Positions 35,101 through 47,099 of a DNA stretch of 64,000 nucleotides are shown piece after piece. The notes beneath the pieces are model-generated. The model did no database searches. It worked only from the letters and a program-made list of their open reading frames with translations, and had not been told where the DNA came from. The stretch is from positions 32,240,001-32,304,000 of the forward strand of contig NC_134468.1 in the NCBI RefSeq assembly GCF_964194025.1. The letters run 5' to 3'. The position numbers and the translations under genes are program-made. Each line of letters begins with the position of its first letter. Positions within the stretch are counted from its first letter, which is position 1. This DNA comes from Convolutriloba macropyga (taxonomy: Eukaryota).

Positions 35101-38100
35101 ACTTGTCTCGGTTCACTGTATGGTCTGAATGACTGTGATGTTCTTCTACCTTCCTAATTGTCGTAGATTTTTTTAAGTTACCGCTTCACCATCTTCACAG
35201 CCTTTTGTTAGCAATTTCAGTTTTGTTTTTCGTTTTTCTTCATTATGTGCCACCCATATACATGTCTGTATTGCCTCATTTTTTATACTGAATATATTAA
35301 AAATGCGTTAATCAATTAATTTTTAAGCGTTGCGTAAATGCTACAATTTTTGGTCTCTGGAGTTGAGTTTTGGCGTTGATTTTATTTATCGCCTTTGCGG
35401 TGTCGGTAGTGTGAAATTTGAATTATGAATCTTTACTGTGATCCATGGCTGTTCTTCTTCTTGCATCCTTGTTTTTTATTGCGTGCACTTCGAATAAGTG
35501 CACTGATTTTGGGATTGGTAATCTGAAATGAAATCGTTCAAAAACTGATCAGTGAAGCGATTCCAACTTAAACGTGTTCAAGTTGATTGTAACATGCCAC
35601 TAATGCAGCTGATTGTGCATACTATGTGTTTACTTTGAAAAGTCCTATTTTTCTGTTTATTTTGGAAAATTAGGTATTTTTAGTATTGTGGTAAAAGGCA
35701 GGCGTTGTAAAGTTTTTGTCAAATTAAAAATAATCTGTTTGTTGCTGTCATTGTTTTTTCATTTCAAGCGCACTATTTATCGACAAGTGTCGTGCTGATA
35801 CTTCGTTCACTGTAATGTGCAAAATAATTTTGTGTAGCACTAGATTTTCTGACTCAACTGTCGGAAAGAAAACAGCTCCACTACAAAACGCGTCTGCTCT
35901 TGGGAATGTTTCTAGCAATAAGATATTTCAAAAGAAATTTGCGTGTATGTTGTTCTACTTTTGTAGGATCTTTAGAAGCAGTTGCACAGGAGATAGCAGC
36001 TGCAAGGAAAAGCGCAGTAGAACTGTCTGCCCTTCCTGACAAGCCAGAATCGGGAGAGACAATGGAACTCGACAACTTCGCTGCTGTGCGAGAGAAAGAG
36101 CTGCTGGCTGAAGTGGAATTGAAAAGAAAGATCCGAATGACACCTGTCTCAACTGATGATCAAGAGGTATTGCTCTGACGTTCCCTGTCTCAGATATAAA
36201 CTACTCTCAGACAAATTTTAGAGCCATTATTTTAGCCATGTTTGTTTTTTAAGCTTTTTGGTATGATCGGTCTTTTGTCTGACCGTTTTTTCTGATCACT
36301 GTTCAAACTACTTTTTTACGCTTGACTTCTTGATTTTTGCGTGATAATTTGTTCTCGTTCAGAATCTAAGCCGCTAACTAGAAGGTTTACCACTAAAAGT
36401 GAAATGGAAAGTCCACCGAAATTGATCCGGATTTTCAATTTAAATTTTGTAATTATTTTTGCTGAACTAGTTTTTAATTGATCATGCCGCCGGTCGTTCG
36501 ACCGCAATTCATTCGGCATTGGTATTTGGTTCATTTTTATGAAAGGGAGTTCATAAGTTCATTGCTTCATAAGCAGCAACTTAGTTCTGAAATTGCCTAA
36601 GTGTTCATGTGTACTGTTTTTGTGACGTTTTTAACAAGCTGTGAATTCTATAACCAATTGTTTTAAAAGCCACAGATGACAAGTGAATGATCATTTTGAA
36701 TTCCGCCTAACTGTTACTTTTGTAGGTACGAAAACAGTTGAGAGGATTCGGAGAACCCATCACATTGTTTGGAGAGGGTCCAGCTGAGAGGCGAGTCAGA
36801 CTGCGAGAGTTGATTGCCCTTCGAGATGACGAGAAATTTAAGAAGCCTGATTTACCTACAATGCCTGCGCCTAAAAGTGATGACGCATCGAGAGAGAGTG
36901 GAAGTAGCCAGATCGATGCCAAGACTGCTAGTGAGACAAACAAGACGTGGTATCACGAAGGTTAGAATAGAATCACTATATGATAGAACTGTCTTAATCT
37001 TCTATCACCGAGAAATTTTTAGTTATTCCCACCCACAACCCCCCCCCCAAAGTTCAGTGTTCATGTAACTCCTAGTCCCCATTTCTCTATTAAGGGGCAG
37101 TAGTTTTGTGTGGGGGGCTAAAATTGAAAAGACAGAAATCTTAACCCCATGTGGTGTTAAGGATTTTCAGACAGATGATTTCTCTGAATAGTCTAATTAG
37201 GTCTGTGTTACAATAATGGTAGTATATATGCTACTTAGCGGTTTGTTTAATCAAATGGTAGCTTCATCTTTTTGATTCGCTGCCAAATAGTTTTGACTTC
37301 GACTTGATGGATTTTGACTTTTCGGAAGTTAAACCTTTCAATATGCGGAAGTTATAATGTTGCAGGTCCAGTTGCTTTGAGAACTGCGAGATTGTGGATC
37401 GCAGAGTTTTCGCTTCCCAGAGCAGAGGAGAGACTGAAAAGTCAACGCAAATTAAGACAAGAAGGGGATGCTTTGAAATCATGGAGGGCCATGTTGCAGG
37501 AACAGCAGAGTACAATTAGAACTTTATCTAACAGTCATTCCCAAGTAGGAGATACTAGACCACTCACCCATTGCACCTTTTCACCCAATGGAAAAGTTAG
37601 TTTAGTTTTTACTGCTCAGGTCATAGTTAAATTGTGCTGTGAATGTACTACATGTGCAAATTACGCTGTGAAAAATGCGTGCACAGACAAATTAACACGA
37701 TCGTAATCGTTAAAAAGAATTGATTTTTTATCAACTGAACTTCTTTGCGCATTGCGTGAATTATCTTGTTTTCAAAATTTTTTAGCTTTCATTTTTAAAG
37801 GCTCGTATAATAGAAGTCGTGCGATCTACGTTAGAAAAATTGAGTAAAACATATAAATTGGCGAAATTCGTTTCTTTTTCCCTTATGGCTGGCTTTGGGA
37901 ATGTCCCAACTTGGGTACTTTTATTGCCAGATTTTTCGTGAATTTGATGCATATCTGAATTTTAGATGATTGGAACTGCTTCTTGGACTGGTTTGTGCAA
38001 ATTGTGGAACTCTGAAACTTGTGAAGAGATCCGAGTTCTGCGTGGTCATAATATCAACATGTCCTGCCTCGAATTCCATCCACATGCGACACTATCAATG

Positions 38101-38805
38101 CCGGACACTGCTTATGGGTGTATGGCTTCTAGCGATCACGCTGGAGTTGTAAATCTGTGGTCATTAGCCAGTGAGACACCTTCTGCAACCTTATCCGGAC
38201 ACAACTCGAGAGTTGCCAAATTATCATTTCATCCTTCAGGAAGGTTCCTTGCGACTTGTTGCTATGATTCTTCGTGGCGCCTGTGGGATCTGAACAAACA
38301 AGAAGAACTGCTCTTTCAGGAAGGACATACGAGGCCAGTTTATGACATTTCATTCCAATGTGACGGATCGGTTTGTGCCACTGTCAGCCTGGATTGTTTC
38401 GGAAGAGTCTGGGATCTGAGAACTGGGAGGTGTATCATGATTATGGACGGACACCAAAGACCTGTTTACAGCGTTGATTTTTCTCCCAATGGTCACGAAA
38501 TGATCACTGGTTCTGAAGATAACAGTGTCAAAGTTTGGGATCTGAGATCTAGACGGTGCAATTATACAATTCCAGCGCATACAAGTATTGTAACGAGGGT
38601 TAAATTTGAACCTAACAGAGGTCATTACATTGCCAGTGCTTCTTTTGATTCGACTGTTAAAGTGTGGAGTCACCCTAACTGGACTCCTCTGATTACTCTG
38701 AAAGGTCACGAGAGTAAAGTGACATGTCTTGACATCAGCAGAAACTCTTCCACTCTTTTAACGTGCTCCTTTGATAGAACATTTAAGCTTTGGAATCCAG
38801 AATGA
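32142..38805 (+). CDS. PRPF4: U4/U6 snRNP protein Prp4 (WD40). Exons 32142-32262, 35967-36166, 36726-36960, 37366-37595, 37966-38805
   Basis: Spliced product reads [13 protein letters not shown]..., [66 protein letters not shown], then WD40 repeats. All intron phases are compatible. Exon 1 is less certain than exons 2-5. Confidence 0.93.
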
Positions 38806-39044
38806 CCATTGGCTATGATTAATTCTTTTGCGTTGTTTTCTAAAATATAGCTTTAAAATTAGTTCTCTTTTGAATAATATGTTTGCGGAAGCTCCATCTG
38901 ATGATGCCATAGTTCGAAGTTTGCCTCTGTGGAGATCCTAATATTTTCAATTGGTTATTTGCCTCTAATGCTATAAACCTAGTATTTTTTCAGATCACTT
39001 GTTTGCTTACTTTCTCGTTTTCAAGAGAATTCTATCTGTTAACA

Positions 39045-39338
39045 ATGGGCATGGGTATTGAAACTTGCGCTGGACACAAGGGAGATAGAGGTAAGAAGGT
39101 GACCAAACTGCCCAAAAAGAAGTGCAAGCGACCGCATGTACCCAAGAGGAAGTTCGTGAAGGATGTTGTCGTTGAGGTCATGGGCTACACTCCTTACGAG
39201 AGGCGAGCAATGGAGTTGCTGAGGAATCAGCGTGACAAACGTGCTCTCAAATACATCAAACAGAGGCTCGGCTCACTTCAGTTGGCTAAGAAGAAGCGAG
39301 AAGAGTTGGGCGCTGTCATCATGCAGGCCAGGACTTAA
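39045..39338 (+). CDS. RPL36: 60S ribosomal protein L36 (eL36), divergent and intronless
   Basis: KFVKDVVVEVMGYTPYERRAMELLRNQRDKRALKYIKQRLG...AKKKREEL matches the eL36 signature. Confidence 0.9.
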   Translation: MGMGIETCAGHKGDRGKKVTKLPKKKCKRPHVPKRKFVKDVVVEVMGYTPYERRAMELLRNQRDKRALKYIKQRLGSLQLAKKKREELGAVIMQART

Positions 39339-39574
39339 TCGTTCCCGAAAAGCCGATTTCCGAAGCATTCCACGGTGTTCAATTTGTCTGCGAGACGGAT
39401 TAAGAACTGTACTGCTTTGGAACTTTTTTTGATGAGACTGATAGTTGCTGATTAATGATAAGTAATTCAGTCTTAAATTTACCTCTATCGTTTTTACCCA
39501 AAAGCAGTGCAAACTATCGATCCCTCGATTGCTTGCAAACAAAATTTTCCGCATTAGTTCGCGTTCCCCATTAA

Positions 39575-41147
39575 TTAATTGCTCTCAACGAAGTTTGTAG
39601 CAATTATTAATTGCTCTCAAACGAAGTTTGTAGCAATTATTAATTGCTCTCAAACGAAGTTTGTAGCAATTATATTAGTCCTGTCGGTCTTTTTTTTATG
39701 CGATTTTTCGCTTGACCAATTTTTCGTCTGACGCTTTTGACTTTTCGTCCTCAAAAAAACGGGATAAAACAGGTAGCGCCCAGCGGGCATTAAGTGCTCT
39801 GAGAGCCTTTTAGCTCTGTTTCAGCTCAAACAGTTTTTGGAGTCTTATACTTATGGTGTGAACAGCGGTTCTTAGGTTGAAGACCCCCCACCCCCCCCCC
39901 CACTGACCCCCCCACTATTGCCCCCACCGCCCTGTTGCCCCCCCACCCCCCCCCCCCACCCGACTGTCGCCACCCCCATCGGCACCCCCGTGCGCCCTCC
40001 CCCCACCCGTGGCTAGCTACTGACGAACATCCGCTAGCTAAAAAAAGCAAATTTATACTAATTTTCAATTTTTTTCAAGATTTTTGAAAATTTTTGTCAG
40101 TTTTTTAAGTTTTTTCAGCCCTAGCAGCCCTAGGTGTCAAGGAATCCACTCTAGGATTTGATAATAGGTTGTTGAATAGTTTCTAGTGGTAATAGAATGG
40201 TTTCAACATTTTCAACACTGCGAATTTTTTGCATTTTTTTGATAAATTTTGCAAATTTTTTCAATGTTTTTGAAAGTTTTTGTCGTTTTTTAGGTTTATC
40301 CAGCCTCAATAGCCAAGGAACTTCCTCGAGGGTTTAATAATAGGTTACTATGTAGTTTCTAGAAGTAATGGAATCATTTTCAAGATTTAAACATCACGAA
40401 TTTTAGCATTTTTTTGACAAAAATTGCTATATTTTTAAAATTTTTTAACATATATTTTCATTATTCAAGATTTTTCAGCCTCAGGGTTCAGACAACCTCC
40501 TGAAGGGTTTGATAATACGTTGCTGCATAGTTTCTAGTGGTAATAGAATGTTTTTCAACATTTGAACATCACGATTTTTAGCAATTGTTGGATAAAACTT
40601 GAATTTTTTTTTTCAAATTTTTCAAAATTTGAAAAAACGCCTCTTCAATCAAGCGAAAGCTAACCTCACTAAACAGTGGCTAGGTGCTGACAAGCCTCCG
40701 CCGGTCGTTTGAGAGCAATTCGCCCGACGTTAGTCGGTTATGTTATTAGTCCTGTCGGTCTTTTTTTTATGCGATTTTTCGCTTGACCAATTTTTCGTCT
40801 GACGCTTTTGACTTTTCGTCCTCAAAAACGGGATAAACAGGTAGCGCCCAGCGGGCATTATGTGCTCTTAGAGCCTTTCAGGTCTGTTTCAGCTCAAACT
40901 GTCTTGGAGACTTATACTTATACTTATGGTGTGAGGGGCGGTTCTTAGAGGTTGACACCCCCCCCCTTTGTTGACCCCCCACCCCCACTATTGGCTCCAC
41001 CCCCCCCCCCCCACCGCGCTTTTGCCCCCCCCCACCCAGTGCTGCCCCGGTGCACCCCCCCCCCCCCCCCCCGTGGCTAGCTACTGACCAAGCCAACCGC
41101 TCGCCGGTCGTTTGAGAGCAATTCGCCCGACGTTAGTCGGTTATGTT
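39575..41147 (+). mobile_element. Non-autonomous Helentron/DINE-1-like element(s): long unit 39575-40744 and short unit 40745-41147, head to tail
   Basis: 5' palindrome aattgctctcaaac-gaa-gtttgtagcaatt (x3). Complementary subTIR tcgtttgagagcaatt at 40705 and 41108, each followed by the hairpin ccgac-gtta-gtcgg and ttatgtt. Internal ~180 bp repeats at 40060-40620. Confidence 0.7.
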
Positions 41148-41939
41148 CTATATTTTTGTGTGACTGATGGACATTTTCCAATTATTAACGGCTCAAAAGG
41201 GAGGAATGTAAGAATCTGTTTACGACCGACAGAAAATCAACAGTTCGATTTTGACCGGAGTCGTTTAATTAAAGTAAACGTGTTTACTTACGCGTTTTTA
41301 ACTTTAATGTTCTCTTCTAGAATAATCTTAGTTCGCTTGAGAGACGAATTTTCGTGAAGAAACGGATTGAGTGCAGAGGGAAGCACGCAAGCAAGTGATG
41401 TTACAAGTAGTTGTATTTTAGTAAAATGACAAGAAAAAATGTTTGCCCAGATGTTTCGTTCTGCAGTTTTGCTGCCTAATTCTTGTTCTGCAAAATTTCC
41501 TGCTTATGATTGAAATGCTTGAAGTATAGCTCAAGTGAGTTCTTGGAGTCACTGAGAACTTCGGGCGTTAACCGAGAGCTGCGTAGCGGTTCAATGTTAA
41601 GCCAGATTTTGGAAGTGACGTCTAGCGGAGTCACGTAACCTTTCTTGAAACTTGCATGTTTTAAAACGCCTGAAGTTCACCGACATCGATTCCTGGCGAT
41701 GTCTATTGGAATTTCTTCCATTGCGGATCTTCTGTACAAAATTAAATGAAATTGGAGTCTTCGGGATTCATAGCAAGTAGATAAGTTAAAAGTGTTGGGT
41801 AGTCAAGCTTTTACTTTTGATAATCCGTGTTAACTATGTTTATCCTATTGGTCTTCTTAATGCAAATTTTGCGTGATCAATTTTTGTTCTGGACAATTAA
41901 TTTTCGTTCTCAAAAATAAAACAACAAGCGGAGGGCATA

Positions 41940-44840
41940 GTCTCTGAGCAGACCTCTTCAAGTTAAAGATTCAAATGCTATGCTCAAGCTAGCTACAACG
42001 AAAGCCAGCGCCTCGCCTATCGGCAGAGAGCGATTCGTGGGACGGTAGGATTTAAAAAGCTCTCGTACGGAGTTTATTATAGCAATTATTGTAAACGATT
42101 TTTCGCCAAATTTTCGCTTGACCGTTTCAGAGCTTTTATTCTAGCTCATTCTTTGATTTCTCATGTCACTTGGTCTTGCTTATCGTCTTCATTTTTGAGT
42201 GATCTTAATTACTCTCACTCAGAAGAACAGTTTGTTGCTAAAATAAGGGCGATTGTAGCGTGGGATATCACAAAGACCTGCTATTCTGGAGCTCCTGGGT
42301 TGTGATCCCGCCCTGGGTGGATGTTTCCACCCATAAAAAATTTATCGTTCGAGAGCGCTTTTTCCGACGTTAGTAGACTTGTTTTTATCATTAATGATGG
42401 CTGTTCTCAGAACCTTTGTCTGAATTCTTAAGAGCAGGTAAAACACTGGGGCATTAGTTCAGCTGGAGGTGGGTAATTTTCTTTAAACGGGTCTTCAAAT
42501 TGCCGTATTATCTTACGGCAAAAGAAAAACATATTTTCAAGGTACAAAGGCTAATCAAATTTGATTCTTTAAGTTTCTTGATTGTTTAGGATTTTTCTCA
42601 GGCTTCAAAAGTTCAAATAAGGCTGCTAGCAGCTGTCATTTTGTTTCTTTTAAGTGATTTTGACAATTCTCTTGTTTCAATTTTAAAGTTCACTGAAAAT
42701 TTTTTGTTCGGGTATTTTTGTATTTTTTTCCTGATTCTTTTTGCTTTCTGGCCACCTTGAATCGACGAGTCTGATTGATACGCAAATTTTAGATTGTCGG
42801 CTTAAGTTTTTCTGCTGTCAATTAAAATTTTGTTTCTTAAACCAGAAATGATAGCCCACATTTTTTCTTATTGAATCGCGTTCTCCTAATGTTTTGGTTT
42901 CAAGTTGCTTTTGTCGCGCAATTGAATTTTTGCTGCTGATTGAAAAGTATCTGAGATTTAAGAATTTTGTTTGCAGAGGAAGAACTTTCAGAAGTGCCTG
43001 TTTGTCTTCTTGTCTTTTATAGGCTGGAAAAAGTAAACGTTTTTTGTTTACTTTTTTGCGAAGCAACAATTTTTGTTTTTTTGGTTTTTTGTTTCTCTTC
43101 TACTAACAGTTCATTTGAATCGTCGTACTTTTTTGGCCATTTTCTTTTTCATTCAGGTGTGTTCACATTTCAATTTTCAGAGAATTTTTTTATCGCCAAT
43201 TTGTATTGTTTTGGATCATGTTTTGTGCAACTCTGCTTTCTATGAGCATTCTGCTCATATAGTGTTTAAGGAAAACGAATAAAATTCTACGTAAAAATGA
43301 TCTGAAGCATAAAACCGTCGCCGAATAAACGAGAACAACAGGTTTGGGAGCCAGTTACTCAATTGTTGTGATGTTATGTGACTTCAAGTCTACTGTTGCT
43401 CAGTATGGGTCCTATAATTTTCAGATATTGTAGACAAATAAGAGCTAACAAAGTTTAACTAATACCGTTTATACTTTTTTAGTGAATTGTTCTTTTTCAA
43501 ATAATAGGGTTTTGTGTCTGTTATTTCTTTGATTCAATTCCAATCGAGATTATGAAATCAGTTGCATAAAACAATTTGAAATCAACCTCTAAAATGTCTC
43601 TGAGCAGACCTCTTAAAGTTAAAGATCCAAATTCTATGCTCAAGCTATCTGCAACGAAACCAAGCGCCTCGCCTATTGGCAGAGAGCAATTCGTGGGACG
43701 GTAGGATTTAAAAAGCTCTCGAACGGAATTTAAAGCAATTTTTGAAAACGTTTTTTGCCACTATTTCGCTTGAACGTATCAGAGCTTTTATTCTAGCTCA
43801 TTCTTTGATTTCTCATGTCACTTCGTCTTGCTTATCGTCTTCATATTGGTGATCTCAATTACTCTCACTAGAAAGTTTGTTGCTAAAATAAAGACAATTG
43901 TAGCGTGGGATATCACAAAGACCTGTTAACCTGGAGCTCCTGGGTTGTCATCCCGCCCTGAGTGGATGTGTTTCCACCCTTAAAAAAATTATCGTTCGAG
44001 AGCGCTTTTTCCGACGCTAGTAGATTTGTTTTTAGCATCAATGTTCCCTTTCTCAGAACCTTTCAGTCTGAAATTTTAGGAGCAGGTAAAACACTGCGGC
44101 ATTAGTTCAGCTGGAGGTGGGTAATTGTCTTCAAACGGGTATTCAAATTGCGATATTATCTTACGGCAAAAGAAAAACAAAATTTCAAGGTACAAAGGCT
44201 AATCAAATTTGATTCTTCAAGTTTCTTGATTGTTTAGAATTTTTCTCAGGCTTCAAAAGTTCAAATAAGGCTGCTAGCATCTGTCATTTTGCTTCTTTTT
44301 AGCTATTTTGAGTTTCATATTTATTGTTCACTAAAAATTTTTTGTTCGGGTATTTTTGCTTTTTTTTCTCCTGATTCTTTTTGCTTTCTGGCCACCCTTA
44401 ATCGACGAGTTTGATTGATATGCATTTTTTTAGTTTGTCGGCTTAAGTTTTTCGGCTGAGTTAAGTTTTGGTTTTTTAAACCAGAAACAAAAGTCAAAAA
44501 CTTTTTTTAATGGAATTATGTGTTCCTAATGATTTTGGTTTCAAGCCGCTTTCAAATGAAATTTTTCTGCTGACTGAAAAGTATGTGAGATTTACAAATT
44601 TTGTTTGCAGAGGATGAACTTTCAGAAGTGCTTGTTTGTCTTCTTGTCTTTTATAGGCTGGAAAAACAAACGTTTTTTGTTTAGTTTTGCGAAGCAACAT
44701 TTTTTGTTATTTTTTGATTTTTTGTGATTCGTCATACTTTTTTGGCCATTTTCTCTGTCATTCAGGTTTTCGTCACATTTCGATTTTAAAATTTTTTAAT
44801 CACCAAGTTGTATTGATTTGGCTTCTTTTTCGGTGCTACT
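41940..44840. repeat. Diverged direct duplication: ~41940-43240 and ~43596-44840 (period 1656)
   Basis: Both copies start gtctctgagcagacctctt and stay colinear over ~1.25 kb. Confidence 0.9.
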
Positions 44841-45246
44841 TTATTTTTTTTTTTCAATAGGCCGTACATCAAAAATGTTTGCAGATGTTAAACATATTGA
44901 TCTGATCGGATTCGGGATGCCATTGTTACGTTTGAGTAATCTGTTCTCATTTTGTTTTTAATTTTACCTTAATCGCCTAAGATATTAGGGCTGTTCCGCA
45001 GAAGAAAATCTTTGGCTACGCTTACTGCTTCCGGTCTGTGTCTTTTATGACACACTGCTTCCGTTCTATACCTCTATTAATGATATTACTAGAAAATTCA
45101 TCAAAACTTGATTGGCAGTGAAAACAATTTGAATCACTTTTAAACGATACAACGATACTGCTCGAGGCTTCCCACAATCTGTTTAAAACGATTAAAAATC
45201 AATGAAGGCCTCAGATAAGAAAAGTAACCTTTCTGCTAAAAATTTA

Positions 45247-45603
45247 TGTACACTTAAAATAAGGATGCTGCATTTTGATTGGTTGAAAAATACTTTTGAT
45301 TATTTATACAGCACGTATTTATTACCCTGAAATTCCCACAGACGATGCTGCTCAGTACAGTTCAGTTGGTTACTTGGAAATTTGAATAAGACTTGTAGCA
45401 GAAAAAGAGCGTTTTTACCGAACCCGCGCTCATAATAGCACTTAGCAAAAACTCGCAATTAAAATCCTTTATTAGAAAGGAAATTGCAACGATAACTCTG
45501 TCTTTGTACCAAATAGCACTTGCCAATAGCAACTGGCACTAGCACATAGCCGCCTCTAAAAAGATAGAAAAAAGGTATAAGCAAACTAGAAAGAGAGTTA
45601 TCA
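45247..45603 (+). repeat. 5' LTR
   Basis: Direct repeat of 59740-60126; TG...gttatCA ends; followed by a degenerate PBS-like tgacgacagag. The 5' boundary is approximate. Confidence 0.85.
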
Positions 45604-45863
45604 TATGACGACAGAGATTTTGACCGCTTACTTCTGTTAAACAACGAAAGATGAAAAATTTGCAATTCATGGAATTAGCCATTAACGGAAAACTTACAAT
45701 CTTCGAATCATCAGAAAAACGAATATCTTTCAACATTATTGAATTCGATAAATTAACCACACTACAAACACAAAGCAACTTGACCCTTTAAAATTATAAG
45801 AGCAATCAATCTATTTGCTTTGCTGGCAGGAGAAAATACAACCCAAGCCACAACACCACTTCT

Positions 45864-47046
45864 ATGACACTGTTGGAAGGCTATCAACCTAAAAACCCGT
45901 TTGTATTCTTCAACGACGAAACAGTCGACAGAAAAGTAAGTCAAAAACTTGCAGAGAATAACAAAAACGACCAATCAAACAGCCTTAACTGCAACCTCTC
46001 TAACATAGCTATATTGGAGAAACGCACAAATTGCTCGTTCCACAAAAACACTTCATTAAAAAACCTCCAAGTCCGCCCCAGGTACATCTGAAAACATTCT
46101 CAGGACTACCAAACGAAAACTGGTCTGCATTTGAAGGTCTATTGAGAGCAAGCATCGCTGTACCTAGAGTTCTTGAATCAAATCACCAAAGTGCATGGTA
46201 TCTTCACCTACAATTAGCCGGTAATGCACTCAACTATTACCTTCGACTCGCCGAAAACACAAGAAACGACCTTGGCGAATCGCTTGAACAATTACGCAAC
46301 CGATGTGCTGGTCGAGAAAGTTTGATACGGGGAAAGAACAACCAGATGACTTCCTCACAAATCTGCAACGGCAATCCAACCTTGCAATTGTGGACGACCT
46401 TGCTGCTCACATAGACCGCACTGGCGAAAGAACAAGACGAATAAGAGAACAATTCATTCAGGGCACGCCCTTCAAGTACACGAAAGTGTTGCTGAAAGAA
46501 AATGACATCACAGTAAACGAAATATGCACTATCATCAAAATACGAGTCCGGATTGATCATATAAACCCTGAACCACGATACACTACGGGATTCAATACAT
46601 TAAACGCATCAGGAAAACCTGCAGTGGCCGAAGCTATAAAAAGCATAATGACGGCAATAATAGCATCAATGCAAGTAGTACAGACACCGCATCAGCGGGT
46701 GTAGGGTACTCAGTATCCTAGATACAGAAGAGGAAATAACTACAACCAAAACAGACAAATATAGCAAAATAATGGAAGCCAAAATGGCAGAGGTTACAGT
46801 AACAACTACAACAGCCCAGGACGTAACCGTGGAAGTTTTCAGAGAGGTCGAGGAAATTATTCTAGAGGGAGGCCATACTTCTATCGAAACGACCGAAGTA
46901 TTGGACGTACCGAAGGATCTCCTACACCCATGAGAACTTTTTGCAGAACATGTGCTAGCAATGAGCACACTGCCCGAGATTTTCCAGAACGTCAACCAGC
47001 ATACCGTTATAGAAAGATGCCATTTAATCAGCAATCAAAATACTAA
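45864..47046 (+). pseudogene. gag: gag remnant
   Basis: LKTFSGLPNENWSAFE, LQLAGNALNYY and KEQPDDFLTNL segments; RG/N-rich tract; decayed zinc knuckle CRTCASNEHTARDF at ~46942-46983; frameshifted. Confidence 0.8.
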
Positions 47047-47099
47047 ATAGTAATTATGCATGTTTTTTTTACAACATATACAAGATAGCATGACAAACT

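Noticed and set aside
39575-39672. Palindromic 33 bp repeats as a mini-CRISPR
   Set aside because: No spacers; explained as reiterated 5' ends of the Helentron-like element.
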